This document shows, piece after piece, positions 33,260 through 43,796 of a DNA stretch of 64,000 bases. Numbering within the stretch: position 1 is the first letter of the stretch; each line of letters opens with the position of its first letter. The stretch comes from Bradymonadia bacterium (GTDB lineage: Bacteria > Myxococcota_A > Bradymonadia > UBA7976 > UBA1532), in assembly GCA_046290225.1 (NCBI GenBank), contig JBKAGE010000078.1, positions 352,001-416,000 on the forward strand. The letters run 5' to 3'. The notes under the pieces were generated by a model, which did not search any database, was not told the DNA's origin, and saw nothing but the letters and a program-made list of their open reading frames with translations. A program made the translations under genes and the position numbers.

Positions 33260-35503
33260 ATGAACTTGCAGTTCCTCCTCATCGCCGTCGGCGTCTTCAT
33301 CGTCATCGTCATCGGGATCCTGGTCATGATCACGCGGTTCTACCGCAAGGTCGATCAGGGTCAGGCCCTCATCGTGAACAAGCTCAAGGCCGAGCCGGAG
33401 GTCACCTTCACCGGCGGGGTGGTGCTGCCCATCGTGCACCGCGCAGAGACCATGGACATCTCGGTGAAAGCCATCGAGATCGCCCGCCGTGGCGCGGAAG
33501 GGCTCATCTGTCGGGACAACATCCGGGCCGACATCAAGGTGAACTTCTTCGTACGGGTGAACAAGACCACCGAAGACGTGCTCAAGGTGGCCCAGAACAT
33601 CGGCTGCGTCCGGGCCAGCGATCGCGCCACCCTGGAAGAGCTGTTCGTGGCGAAGTTCTCCGAAGCCCTGAAGACCGTCGGTAAGCGGCTCGAGTTCGAG
33701 GAGCTCTACACCAAGCGCGAAGAGTTCAAGGACCAGATCGTCGAGGTCATCGGCCGCGATCTCAACGGCTATGTGCTCGACGACGCCGCCATCGACTACC
33801 TCGAGATGACCCCCCTCGACCAGATGGACGCCAACAACATCCTCGACGCCCAGGGCATCCGGAAGATCACCGAGATCACCAGCCAGCAGAACGTGCGCAC
33901 CAACGATCTCAAGCAGACCGAGCGCATGGAGATCGGGCGCCAGAACCTGGCCTCCGACGAAGCCCTGTTCCGCTTCGAGCAGCAGCGCGCCGACGCTGAG
34001 GCCAAAAAGAACAAAGAGGTGGCCATCACCCAGGCCCGTGAGCAGAACGAGGCCCTCCGGGTGCAGCAGGAAGAAGGTAAGAAGACCGCCATCGCTCGGA
34101 ACAAGGCCGAGGAAGAAGTGGCCATCAGCGCCGAGGCCAAGGCCCGCTCCGTCGCCGTAGCGGCGAAGGCGCGGGAGCGCGAGATCGGCGTCGAAGAGGT
34201 GCGCATCAAGAAGGCCTCTGATCTCGAGGAGATCGGCCGCGAGCGCGAGGTGGAGCTGCGACGCATCTCCAAAGAAAAGGATCTCGAGGTCGAGCGGAAG
34301 GACATCGCCGACGTGGTGCGCCAGCGCATCGCCGTGGACAAGACCGTCGCCGAGGAAGAAGAGCGCATCAAAGATCTGCGGGCGCAGGCGGAAGCCGAGC
34401 GTGAGAAGCAGGTGAAGATGGTGAAGGCCGAGGCCGACGCCCAGGAGGCCCTCGTCAAGGAGATCAAGGCCGCCGAGGCCAACGAGGCCGTGGCCAAGTT
34501 CAAGGCCCGGGAGCGCCTCATCAGCGCCGACGCCGAGGTAGAAGCCGCTGACAAGGCCGCCCGCGCCAAGACGCGCCTCGCCGAGGGTGTGCAGGCCGAG
34601 CAGGCCGCCCACGGCCTCGCCGAGGTCCGGGTGCAGGAGGCGCAGGCCGCCGCCATCGAGAAGCAGGGTCTCGCCGAGGCCCGGGTCACCAAGGAGAAGA
34701 TGAACGCCGAGGCCGAGGGTCAGGAGTCCCAGGGCATGGCCCGCCTGAAGGTGCGCCAGGCCGAGGTCGAGGTCACCGAGCAGGAAGGCATGCTCAAGGC
34801 CAAGCTGGTGAGAGAGCAGCGCGAGGCCGAGGCCAACGCCATCGAGCAACAGGGCGTCGCCGAAGCGAAGGTCAAGGAAGCCCACGCCGCGGCCATCGAG
34901 AAGCAGGGCACCGCAGAGGCCGCCGCCATCCGCGAGAAGCTCGCCGCCGAGGCCGCCGGCCTCGCGGAGAAGGCCGAGGCCATGAAGGCCCTCGACGGTG
35001 CCGGTCGGGAGCACGAGGAGTTCCGCATCAAGCTGGAGCAGGAGCGCGAGATCGCCATGGCCAAGATCCAGGCTCGGGTCCAGGTGAGCGAGGCTCAGGC
35101 CCGCGTCATGGCCAACGCCTTCGATCAGGCGAAGATCAACATCGTCGGCGGCGACGGTCAGTTCTTCGACCGGTTCCTCAAGGCTGTGAGCCTCGGCCAC
35201 GCCGTCGACGGCTTCATGGACGCGAGCACCACGGCGCAGACCGCCCTGGGCGAGTACCAGGACGGCAGCCGTAGCTTGCCCAACGATCTCACCGAGATCC
35301 TGAGCCGCCCCGCCATCGGCCCCGAAGGCATCAAGGACCTCTCCCTCGTGGCCTTGATCAAGAAGCTGATGGACGGCGCTGGCCCCGATGACATGGTGAA
35401 GCTGCGGGCCCTGCTGGCCCAGGTGCAGCGCCAGGGCATCGGCGGCCTCTCTCTGCTGCCTGCGGGCACGCACACCAAGGGCACTCCTGACGCCGAGGGC
35501 TGA
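33260..35503 (+). CDS. Flotillin-like SPFH/band 7 protein (YqiK-like)
   Basis: N-terminal TM, GLICRDNIRADIKVNFFVRVN, NNILDAQGIRKI and a long AE-rich coiled coil. Confidence 0.92.
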   Translation: MNLQFLLIAVGVFIVIVIGILVMITRFYRKVDQGQALIVNKLKAEPEVTFTGGVVLPIVHRAETMDISVKAIEIARRGAEGLICRDNIRADIKVNFFVRVNKTTEDVLKVAQNIGCVRASDRATLEELFVAKFSEALKTVGKRLEFEELYTKREEFKDQIVEVIGRDLNGYVLDDAAIDYLEMTPLDQMDANNILDAQGIRKITEITSQQNVRTNDLKQTERMEIGRQNLASDEALFRFEQQRADAEAKKNKEVAITQAREQNEALRVQQEEGKKTAIARNKAEEEVAISAEAKARSVAVAAKAREREIGVEEVRIKKASDLEEIGREREVELRRISKEKDLEVERKDIADVVRQRIAVDKTVAEEEERIKDLRAQAEAEREKQVKMVKAEADAQEALVKEIKAAEANEAVAKFKARERLISADAEVEAADKAARAKTRLAEGVQAEQAAHGLAEVRVQEAQAAAIEKQGLAEARVTKEKMNAEAEGQESQGMARLKVRQAEVEVTEQEGMLKAKLVREQREAEANAIEQQGVAEAKVKEAHAAAIEKQGTAEAAAIREKLAAEAAGLAEKAEAMKALDGAGREHEEFRIKLEQEREIAMAKIQARVQVSEAQARVMANAFDQAKINIVGGDGQFFDRFLKAVSLGHAVDGFMDASTTAQTALGEYQDGSRSLPNDLTEILSRPAIGPEGIKDLSLVALIKKLMDGAGPDDMVKLRALLAQVQRQGIGGLSLLPAGTHTKGTPDAEG

Positions 35504-38500
35504 TGAGCACCGACACCGAAGTCCAGTCTGATGTCGGAGAAGAAGGCGGCGCTCAGCTCGCCGGGGGCAACTACGACCTGATCCACCGGCGCCTGCTCAA
35601 CCAGGCCGGTGAGCTCAAGGCCCTGGTGGCCGCCCTCGACGAGCGCCGCAAGGCCACCTTCGGCAGCACCGATCTCACCGTGGTGGGCAACGAGCGCGTG
35701 CGGACCGAGCACAACTGCGTGCCTCGGGACATCGCCAACGTCGGCGGCCGCCTGTTGTTCGGCTACAACGTCTTCATGGGACTCAAGCAGGGCACCGCCG
35801 TGGATGACGTGCTGGGCCTGCACCAGTTCAGCGAGGCAGACGGCGGGGGGTTCGACTTCTCCGCCCTCCCCGGCGACGACGCCGACCGGGCCTACCTGCA
35901 GGACCCGCAGTTCCACAAAGACTTCGACGACCTCTACAAGTACTACCGGGACACACGTCTCGCCGCCTTGAGGGTGACGGAGAGTCAGCTGCTCGCCGTG
36001 TTCCAGGTGAGCGAGCGGGTCGACGATCTCAAGGTCTTCCGGTGGCGCATCGAGTCTTCAGGTCAGCTCAGCTACGTCGATAACCGCGGTGATCGGGACT
36101 ACACGTTCCCCCCGAGCCACGACTTCGAGTGGAAGCTCACCGGCCGCGAGCACCACGTCTATGGTGATCACCCTCACGTGAACATCGAAGATGTGGTCTT
36201 CGTGGAGACGGTGGGTGGTGATCTCACCATCAAGATCGAGGACAACACCGAGGACGGCGAGGGCATCTACAGCGAGCCCGTCGACGACGGGAACCAGACC
36301 CTCGACGATGCCGAGATCCATTACGCCCGGGTGGGCCACCTGGTACTGCTCAAGATCCTCCCTTACCGAGAGCTGGCGTATCGCTATCTGGTCTTCAACA
36401 CCCGCACCCACGACGTGCAGCGCATCGACGGCATCGGCGAGGCCTGTGTCCAGTTGCCGGAAGATCACGGCATCATGTTCCCGGGCGGGTACTACCTGAA
36501 TACCGGGGAGCACAAGGTCTTCGAGGGTGAGACCGAGGGCCTCGAGTTCAAGCGCATCATCAAGAGCCCCAACGGCGAAGACGTCATGTACGTCTTCTTC
36601 CGGCGCACCGACGGCCACTATCAGCTGCTGCCGTACAACCTCATCGACAAAGCAGTGCAGAGCCCCATCGAGTGCCACGGCTACAGCCTCTTCGACGACG
36701 GCCGCATGGTGGTGTTCCGTGCTCTGAGCGACGAGCCCACCCGTGTGCACCCCATGCAGGTGTGGCAGACCCCGTTCATGTCGCTTGAGTTCGCCGCCAG
36801 CGCCCCCACGGACAGCCGCTACCCGCAGCTCTCCAAGATCGGGAACGCCGATTTGGTGCGGGGGATCAGCGAGCTGTACTCCATTGAACGACTCGCGGAG
36901 CACCCGCAGCCCAACCGGGCCATCTTCGAAGATCTCATCGCCGCCATCAGCCGCATCGGCGACGCCCACTTCTGGCTCGGCTCGAGCAGCCAGAAAGAAG
37001 GCGCACAGAGCGAGGAAATCGGGGCGATCCCTGAAGCCCTCGATCAGATGCGCCGCACCGCCGATCTCATCGTCGACGAGTACGAGAAGGTGGTCCTGCT
37101 CAAGGATCGGGCGCGGGCGGCCCTCGCCGAGGCCGAGCAGGCCCACAGCGATCTCGTGGCGGGGCTGCGACCTGAAGACTTCCGTCGGGTGGACGACTTC
37201 ATGCAGTCCCTCACCGACTTGCGTACGCGCCGTGGGCAGCTCATCAGCGTCAAAGAGGTGCGTTACATCGACCTCGAGCGCATCGACGCTTTGGAGCAGG
37301 CCACCATCGAGGCCTACGACAAGGTGGGTCGGGCGTGCGTCCGGTTCCTGTTGCGAGATGAAGCCCTCGCCCCCCTCACCGCAGAGATCGATCGTCTGCT
37401 CGCCAGCCTCGAAGGGGTCAAGAAGGTCAAAGAGGTGGCCCCCCTCGTAGAGAAGGCCGACAGCATCAGCGAAGGCCTCGACGTGCTCACCGAAGTCATC
37501 GGCGGCCTCGAGGTGGAGGACGCCACTGAGCGCACCGGCATCTTGGAGTCGATCTCCGAGGTCTTCAGCCATCTGAACCGCGCCCGGGCCACCCTCAAGA
37601 ACAAGCGGAAGAGCCTGCTCACCGCCGAGGGGCAGGCGGAGTTCGCCGCCCAGTTCAAGCTCTTCGGCCAGAGCGCTCAGTCGGCCCTGGGGCTGTGCGA
37701 CACCCCTGAGAAATGTGACGACCAGCTCGGACGCTTGATGGTGCAGCTCGAAGAGCTCGAGGCCCGCTTCAGCGAGTTCGACGAATACCTCGGCGATCTC
37801 GCGAGCAAGCGCGAAGAGGTCTACGAGGCCTTCGCCGCCCACAAGCAGACCCTGCTCGAAGAGCGCCAGCGCCGGGCAGGCAACCTCGTCAAGGCTGGAG
37901 AGCGCATCCTCTCCGGCGTGGCCCGACGGGCCGCCACCATGAAGGGCGACGACGAGCTCAACGCGTGGTTCGCCGCCGACGCCATGGTGATGAAGCTGCG
38001 CACCCTCGTGGAGCAGCTGCGAGATCTCGGTGACGGCGTCAAGGCCGACGAGCTGGAGAGCCGGCTCATCGCCGCCAAGCAAGAGGCCTTGCGAGGTCTA
38101 CGCGATCGCCAGGATCTCTTCGAAGAAGGCGAGAACGTCATCAAGCTCGGGCGTCATCGCTTCAGCGTGAACACCCGCCCCATGGAGCTGACGCTGGTGC
38201 CCCGTGAAGACCGCATGGCGTTTCACCTCACCGGCACCGACTTCTACAGCATCGTCGACGACGAGGTCTTCGAGGCCACCGCCCCCTTCTGGAGCCAGAG
38301 CCTCGTCTCCGAGAGCAAGGCGGTCTATCGCGGGGAATACCTCGCCGCGAGCATCCTCTTCGCCGCAGAGGCCCCAGGCGGCACGTTCTCCCTCGCCGAT
38401 CTGCACGCCGATCTCCGAGGCACAGACGGCGGTCCGGATCATGGCCCTGTGGCCCAGGGCGCGGGTCATCCAGACCCCGGCCTGCTGGCGCGGGTCCGCT

Positions 38501-40986
38501 CCGTGGCGGAGTCGCGGTACGACGAGGGCTACGAGCGTGGCCTGCACGACGCCGACGCAACCCTCATCCTCGAGAAGCTGCTCAACCTGCACGAGGGCGC
38601 CGGCCTGCTGCGCTTCGGGGCGCATATCCGTGCCTTGGGCCAGCTCTTCTGGAGCCACGGCGTCGCCACCGCCTCCGGCGACTTCGAGAAGCTGATGCAG
38701 CAGTGGCATCGCCGGGCGGTGAGCCTCGGGCGCCTGCGGGCCGCCTTCGGCCGGGCCCCTGCCCTCGGGGATCTCGCAGCTGATCTGACTGAGGCCCTGC
38801 AGGTTTTCGTCGACGAGCACGGCCTCGGCGATCATTGGAGCGAGGCCGACCTGCTCCGGGGGGGTCGCTATCTGGTAGAGGAGCTGGCCAAGCCGAAGTT
38901 GAGCTTCACCGTGAGCCAGGAAGCCCGTCACGTGGGCGACGCGCTCTGGAAGGCCCTCGAGGATCATCGAGATCCCGTGCGCACGGGCGGCGCCCTCAGC
39001 GGTCGGGCTGCCTTGGAGGCCGATCTCCGGGCCTTCGATCAGCTCTCCGACGGGCAGTCGCTGATCCATCGATTCGAGGTGCTCGTGGCCTGGATCGAGG
39101 CCTTCGTGGGCGCCAAGGGCGATGAGGGAGAGCGGCACCTGATCACCGAGGTGGCGGCGCTGCTCACCGACGAGCGACTCCCGCGCAAGGCCACCGCCGC
39201 CCTCACCGAGACCACAGTCGAAGGCCTGCTCGGGCAGCACCGCCGAATCGAAGACGGCAAGATGGTGCTGCGGATCGACGAGTTCCTCGGGCGCCTCACC
39301 GACTTCGTGGAGCATCAGGTGCCGGGCTATCGCGGCTACCGCCAGGCCCGAACCACGCTGCTCGAGACCACCCGTAGCCAGCTTCGCCTCGACGAGTACA
39401 CCCCCAAGGTGATGAGCGCCTTCGTGCGCAACCGCCTCATCGACGAGGTCTATCTGCACATGGTCGGCGACAACCTCGCCAAGCAGATGGGCAGCGTCGG
39501 CGAGGGCAAGCGCACCGACCAGATGGGCCTGCTGCTGCTCGTCTCCCCACCCGGGTACGGCAAGACCACCCTCATGGAGTACGTGGCCAACCGCCTGGGC
39601 CTCGTCTTCGTGAAGGTGAACGGCCCCGCCCTGGGCCATGGCGTCATCTCCCTCGACCCTTCGGAGGCCCCCAACGCCACCGCCCGACAAGAGGTGGACA
39701 AGATCAACTTCGCCCTCGAGATGGGCAACAACGTGATGCTCTATCTCGACGACATCCAGCACACCCACCCGGAGCTGCTGCAGAAGTTCATCAGCCTCTG
39801 CGATGCCCAGCGGCGCATCGAGGGCGTCTGGAAGGGGCGCACCCGGACCTATGACCTGCGGGGCAAGAAGTTCTGCGTGGTCATGGCCGGGAACCCCTAC
39901 ACCGAGTCGGGTGATCGCTTTCAGATCCCCGACATGCTGGCCAACCGCGCCGACACCTACAACCTCGGTGACATCCTCGAAGGTCGGGACGAGGTCTTCG
40001 CGCTGAGCTACGTGGAGAACAGCCTCACCAGCAACCCCACCCTGGCGCCTCTGGCCACCCGAGATCGCGAAGACATCCACCGGTTCATCAAGAAGGCTCA
40101 GGGCGCCGAGATCGCCGACACCGACTTCAGCCACGCCTACTCAGCGGTGGAGATCAACGAGATCACCGAGGTGCTCAAGCGGCTGTTCCAGGTCCGCGAT
40201 GTCTTGCTGGCGGTGAACTTGATGTACATCGAGTCCGCTGCTCAGGAAGACGCCTACCGCACTGAGCCGCCCTTCAAGCTGCAAGGCAGCTACCGCAACA
40301 TGAACAAGGTGGCGGAGAAGGTGGTGGCGGCGATGAACGCCGCAGAGCTCGAGGCCCTCATCGACGATCACTACGCCGGTGAAAGCCAGACCCTCACCGC
40401 CGGCGCCGAGGCCAATCTGCTCAAGCTCGCGGAGCTACGAAACCGCATGAGCCCCGAGCAGTCTCAGCGCTGGGCCACGATCAAGTCCGACTTCAGCCGC
40501 AACACCCGTATGGGCGGCGACGAGACAGATCCGGCGACCCGCATCGCGGGCCTGCTCGCCGATGTGGGGCAAAGCCTCGAGCGCATCGGCCACGCGGTGT
40601 CCACCGTGGGCCAGCCTCAGTCGGGCGTAGTGGCGGAGCTTCAGGGCATGAAGGCCCTTTTGCTCGCCGCAATGGAAGAAGCGAAGTCGTCCCCGATGCC
40701 CACGAGTGGCCCCAGCCCGGATCAGGGCGCCCTGGCAACAGCCCTGGCAGGTCTGCAGAGCGCTGTGGAGCAGGCCACCCGCCCCGTGGTGGATCTGCGC
40801 ATCGAGAACGCGCCGCCGCCAGGCGTCGAAGAGCTGCTGGGTCAGCACGTGGCCATCGTCGAGCGCACGCTGGTGCCGCTCGTACAGACGGCGACGCAGT
40901 ACATGCACGATGGTGGCTCATTGGTCGAAGAGCTGCGAACGCTGCTCGATCACCTTCGAGCGGCCACTTCGGGAGGTGCTTCATGA
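35503..40986 (+). CDS. Large coiled-coil AAA ATPase (DUF3686-type, usually labelled 'DNA repair ATPase')
   Basis: RVRTEHNCVPRDI, RVHPMQVWQTPF, Walker A VSPPGYGKTT, Walker B YLDDIQH, DMLANRADTYNLGD. TGATG coupling to the flotillin gene. Confidence 0.88.
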   Translation: MSTDTEVQSDVGEEGGAQLAGGNYDLIHRRLLNQAGELKALVAALDERRKATFGSTDLTVVGNERVRTEHNCVPRDIANVGGRLLFGYNVFMGLKQGTAVDDVLGLHQFSEADGGGFDFSALPGDDADRAYLQDPQFHKDFDDLYKYYRDTRLAALRVTESQLLAVFQVSERVDDLKVFRWRIESSGQLSYVDNRGDRDYTFPPSHDFEWKLTGREHHVYGDHPHVNIEDVVFVETVGGDLTIKIEDNTEDGEGIYSEPVDDGNQTLDDAEIHYARVGHLVLLKILPYRELAYRYLVFNTRTHDVQRIDGIGEACVQLPEDHGIMFPGGYYLNTGEHKVFEGETEGLEFKRIIKSPNGEDVMYVFFRRTDGHYQLLPYNLIDKAVQSPIECHGYSLFDDGRMVVFRALSDEPTRVHPMQVWQTPFMSLEFAASAPTDSRYPQLSKIGNADLVRGISELYSIERLAEHPQPNRAIFEDLIAAISRIGDAHFWLGSSSQKEGAQSEEIGAIPEALDQMRRTADLIVDEYEKVVLLKDRARAALAEAEQAHSDLVAGLRPEDFRRVDDFMQSLTDLRTRRGQLISVKEVRYIDLERIDALEQATIEAYDKVGRACVRFLLRDEALAPLTAEIDRLLASLEGVKKVKEVAPLVEKADSISEGLDVLTEVIGGLEVEDATERTGILESISEVFSHLNRARATLKNKRKSLLTAEGQAEFAAQFKLFGQSAQSALGLCDTPEKCDDQLGRLMVQLEELEARFSEFDEYLGDLASKREEVYEAFAAHKQTLLEERQRRAGNLVKAGERILSGVARRAATMKGDDELNAWFAADAMVMKLRTLVEQLRDLGDGVKADELESRLIAAKQEALRGLRDRQDLFEEGENVIKLGRHRFSVNTRPMELTLVPREDRMAFHLTGTDFYSIVDDEVFEATAPFWSQSLVSESKAVYRGEYLAASILFAAEAPGGTFSLADLHADLRGTDGGPDHGPVAQGAGHPDPGLLARVRSVAESRYDEGYERGLHDADATLILEKLLNLHEGAGLLRFGAHIRALGQLFWSHGVATASGDFEKLMQQWHRRAVSLGRLRAAFGRAPALGDLAADLTEALQVFVDEHGLGDHWSEADLLRGGRYLVEELAKPKLSFTVSQEARHVGDALWKALEDHRDPVRTGGALSGRAALEADLRAFDQLSDGQSLIHRFEVLVAWIEAFVGAKGDEGERHLITEVAALLTDERLPRKATAALTETTVEGLLGQHRRIEDGKMVLRIDEFLGRLTDFVEHQVPGYRGYRQARTTLLETTRSQLRLDEYTPKVMSAFVRNRLIDEVYLHMVGDNLAKQMGSVGEGKRTDQMGLLLLVSPPGYGKTTLMEYVANRLGLVFVKVNGPALGHGVISLDPSEAPNATARQEVDKINFALEMGNNVMLYLDDIQHTHPELLQKFISLCDAQRRIEGVWKGRTRTYDLRGKKFCVVMAGNPYTESGDRFQIPDMLANRADTYNLGDILEGRDEVFALSYVENSLTSNPTLAPLATRDREDIHRFIKKAQGAEIADTDFSHAYSAVEINEITEVLKRLFQVRDVLLAVNLMYIESAAQEDAYRTEPPFKLQGSYRNMNKVAEKVVAAMNAAELEALIDDHYAGESQTLTAGAEANLLKLAELRNRMSPEQSQRWATIKSDFSRNTRMGGDETDPATRIAGLLADVGQSLERIGHAVSTVGQPQSGVVAELQGMKALLLAAMEEAKSSPMPTSGPSPDQGALATALAGLQSAVEQATRPVVDLRIENAPPPGVEELLGQHVAIVERTLVPLVQTATQYMHDGGSLVEELRTLLDHLRAATSGGAS

Positions 40987-41225
40987 TCGTCCGCGTGCCG
41001 TGGGATTCACTGCCCACCGAGACGCTCAATCGCCTGGTGGAAGAGTTCGTCACCCGCGATGGTACAGACTACGGGGAGCACGAGGTCGATACGGAGACCA
41101 AGGTGGTCCAAGTGCTGGGCCAGCTGCGCAAAGGCGATGTCGTGATCACCTTCGACAGCGATTTGGGCACCGCCAACATCGTGCTGAAGAAAGACGCCCC
41201 ACCGGCCCCAGAGGTCAGCGGCTGA
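40983..41225 (+). CDS. YheU (UPF0270) family protein
   Basis: ETLNRLVEEFVTRDGTDYGE...KVVQVLGQL; ATGA overlap with the ATPase stop. Confidence 0.88.
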   Translation: MIVRVPWDSLPTETLNRLVEEFVTRDGTDYGEHEVDTETKVVQVLGQLRKGDVVITFDSDLGTANIVLKKDAPPAPEVSG

Positions 41226-41982
41226 GGCGTTTCACCACCTGCTCGGCCACCCCCATGGCCGAGGCAGGGTTCTGGCCCGTGATCAGTCGATCGCTCACCG
41301 CCACGTTGGCCTTGAAGTTCTCCACCCCGATGAACTCCGCCCCACGCTCGCGCATCTTGCTCTCGAGCAGAAACGGCACCACCTCGGTGAGCTCCACCGC
41401 GGTCTCCTCGGCGTTGGTGAAGGCGGCGACCCTCTTGCCCTTCACGAGGTACTCGCCATCGGAGAGCTTCACGTTCACCAATGCCACCGGCCCATGGCAG
41501 ACCGCGGCCACCACCCCACCCTTCTCGTAGATGTCGGCGGTGAGCCTCTGGAGTATGGGGTCGTCGGGCAGATCCCACATCGTGCCGTGGCCGCCGGCGA
41601 AGAAGATGGCGTCGTAGTCCGAAGCCTTCACCTCCGAGGCCTTTACGGTATTCAGCGTGCGGCCCACCTTCTTGGGATCGTCGAGGAAGTCCACGTTGAT
41701 GGCATCTTCTCGGTTCACCCCGTCCATGGGCGCCTTGCCGCCCTTGGGCGAGACAAAGGTCATCTCGAAGCCCGCTTTGGAGAAGACATGAAACGGATGA
41801 CTGACCTCGGACAAGAAGAACCCGGTCTCTTTGCCGGTCTTGCCGAGCTCACCGTGGCTGGTGAGCACCATGAGGATGTGAGGTGGTTTGTTGCTCTTGG
41901 TGTGCTCCTTGGCCTCCGCAAGGCCAGAGAAGGCAGCGACGAGGCACAAAGCAATGAAGACCCTACGACTGGCTGACGACAC
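41215..41982 (-). CDS. DJ-1/PfpI (Hsp31-like, type 1 GATase fold) protein with signal peptide
   Basis: TGFFLSEVSHP, AGGHGTMWD, AVCHGP, ITGQNPAS; N-terminal signal ...FSGLAEA|K. Confidence 0.9.
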   Translation of the reverse strand: MSSASRRVFIALCLVAAFSGLAEAKEHTKSNKPPHILMVLTSHGELGKTGKETGFFLSEVSHPFHVFSKAGFEMTFVSPKGGKAPMDGVNREDAINVDFLDDPKKVGRTLNTVKASEVKASDYDAIFFAGGHGTMWDLPDDPILQRLTADIYEKGGVVAAVCHGPVALVNVKLSDGEYLVKGKRVAAFTNAEETAVELTEVVPFLLESKMRERGAEFIGVENFKANVAVSDRLITGQNPASAMGVAEQVVKRLSR

Positions 41983-42085
41983 TGACGAACTCTCGTGAAG
42001 TGAATGTGCGCCGGATCAGATGCCAGATCGACGCGATGCGTTCCATCGCCTCGGGCTCCCGCTCACCGACCTGCTGGGCACCCGC

Positions 42086-42565
42086 TCACATCTCGCCGGG
42101 CTCCCAGTGGGTCACCTCGAAGGTGGTGCTGCCCAGCTCCACTCCATCTTCGTCGAAGACCTTCACCTCCCAGTTGCCCATCTGGCTCACGCGCTTCATC
42201 GTGCTGCGGGACCAGGTGCGCCAGCGGCTGCTCTTGCCCACGTTCAGATCGACAGCCCACTTCCGCTTGCCGTCCTTGTACCAGACCATCCTCACCTGCT
42301 GGGCAGGCCCCGTGCGGTTGTTGAAGACAGCGTAGGCATGCACCGTGGGCTCATCAGGCAGCCGGAAGGCGGTGTTCTCGCCCTTCAACCGGCGCTTCTC
42401 TACGCCGGTGCCCATCTTCAGCGTGACGAGCTTGATGGCGCCCGCCTCGGCGGGGCCAGCGACGCCTCCATCTTCGATGTCGTGGGGGTCTTCTCCTGCC
42501 TGAGCGATGCCAGCGGTGCCGAGGATGAGGGCGAGGAGCAGGGTGAAGCGGGTGATGAGCGACAT
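42086..42565 (-). CDS. Secreted DUF2914-like protein
   Basis: Signal ...AGIAQA, RWRTWSRS...GNWEVKVFDEDGVELGSTTF; AAGGAGG RBS. Confidence 0.78.
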   Translation of the reverse strand: MSLITRFTLLLALILGTAGIAQAGEDPHDIEDGGVAGPAEAGAIKLVTLKMGTGVEKRRLKGENTAFRLPDEPTVHAYAVFNNRTGPAQQVRMVWYKDGKRKWAVDLNVGKSSRWRTWSRSTMKRVSQMGNWEVKVFDEDGVELGSTTFEVTHWEPGEM

Positions 42566-42612
42566 GAAGGCCTCCTTGAATCTTGATGCGTTTCGTAGAC
42601 GCAAGGAGGTAC

Positions 42613-42628
42613 TGCCAAGGGCGTGCCA
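42613..42628 (-). promoter_or_regulatory. Candidate sigma-54 (-24/-12) promoter
   Basis: Minus strand TGGCACGCCCTTGGCA versus the consensus TGGCACG-N4-TTGCW, with correct GG-N10-GC spacing, about 48 bp upstream of the start. Confidence 0.6.
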
Positions 42629-42701
42629 ACCATTTTCGAGCGTTTCATCTGCGCCCGAGAGGCTCTTCGGCATCGAAAGCTCGCTTTAGAGTCAATAAAA
42701 G

Positions 42702-43796
42702 CTACTTTGAGTAGACTTCATTGACTTTCCACATCTCCCGTTCGAACTCCTGGCAGGGTGCCGATGATGCCTCGTAGGGCACCCGAATCCAGAGCAAGCG
42801 CCACTTTGGCAGATCTGCCTTGGGATCAGGCTCGAAGCCGTTGGCTTCGGCGATCAGCTTCACCGTCGTCCCGAACGATCGGGCCAGAGAACGCTGAGTC
42901 TCTCCACCCTCGGTGACGTACTGAAACAGCTGGTACCCCTTTGCCGCCTCGTACCGGTCGGCGTTCTCCATGGCTCTTGGAGACAGATAGCGAATGTGCA
43001 GGTGGGTCCGGTGGCCCGGCGCGTGAACGAAGAGTGCGTCCTTGTGCCGGCGGCCCTTGGGATACGCGAAGATGCCTTCGAGCTCTGACTCTGGGATCTG
43101 CAGTTCGTCACGGGCATAGCGATAAATGCGGCCCTGTTGGCGGTAGTCCAGAATGCCCACCTCGATGGGGCCATTCCGGATCAGCGCGTTGATGAGGGCC
43201 CAGGTCTTCTCGGGATCCATCGGCCCCCGCAAACCTTCGCCAGCAGGCTCGAAGTACAACAAGATGTCCACGTCCCGACCGGTCTGGTGGGATCGGTGGG
43301 GCTTGATGCGGCGGCCGCGATATTTGGAGATCTCCGTCACCACGAGATCAGGGCCCTCAGGGTAGAGCGCCATCATCTCGTCAGCGGCCTTGCGCACCGC
43401 CTGAACTGTCTCCCGAGTGCCCCACGCAGCCCGGGTGCGCAGGTAGATGCCCGACCGTTCGGTCAGCCACACCGGGTTGGACTGATAGCCATGATTCGGA
43501 TCACCTACAGAACGGCTGGGCCAGAAGAGCGGGCCCAGGGTGTTGTCCGCGGCGCGACTGAGGGCGTGCAGCTCACCACGAAACACCTCGACCGCTTGCT
43601 CGACGCCCGTCACGACCGAGAGCTGGACGTCACCACCCCCAGGAGGCGCCTCAAGGGCTTTCTGCTGTTGTTGGTAGTCCGGGTGGGTGCGCCAGTCTAC
43701 CCACTGGCCTTTACGGCCAGTAGCGTCTCCGAGGGCCCACTGCGCCCACAGGGCACCGCAAACCAGCACGGTGGCGCCCAGGGCGACGTGCTTCAC
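42702..43796 (-). CDS. Penicillin-insensitive murein endopeptidase (MepA-like) with C-terminal LysM
   Basis: WGT, PHRSHQTGRDVDI, HRTHLHIR, and LysM YVTEGGETQRSLARSFGTTVKLIAEANG. Confidence 0.82.
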   Translation of the reverse strand: MKHVALGATVLVCGALWAQWALGDATGRKGQWVDWRTHPDYQQQQKALEAPPGGGDVQLSVVTGVEQAVEVFRGELHALSRAADNTLGPLFWPSRSVGDPNHGYQSNPVWLTERSGIYLRTRAAWGTRETVQAVRKAADEMMALYPEGPDLVVTEISKYRGRRIKPHRSHQTGRDVDILLYFEPAGEGLRGPMDPEKTWALINALIRNGPIEVGILDYRQQGRIYRYARDELQIPESELEGIFAYPKGRRHKDALFVHAPGHRTHLHIRYLSPRAMENADRYEAAKGYQLFQYVTEGGETQRSLARSFGTTVKLIAEANGFEPDPKADLPKWRLLWIRVPYEASSAPCQEFEREMWKVNEVYSK

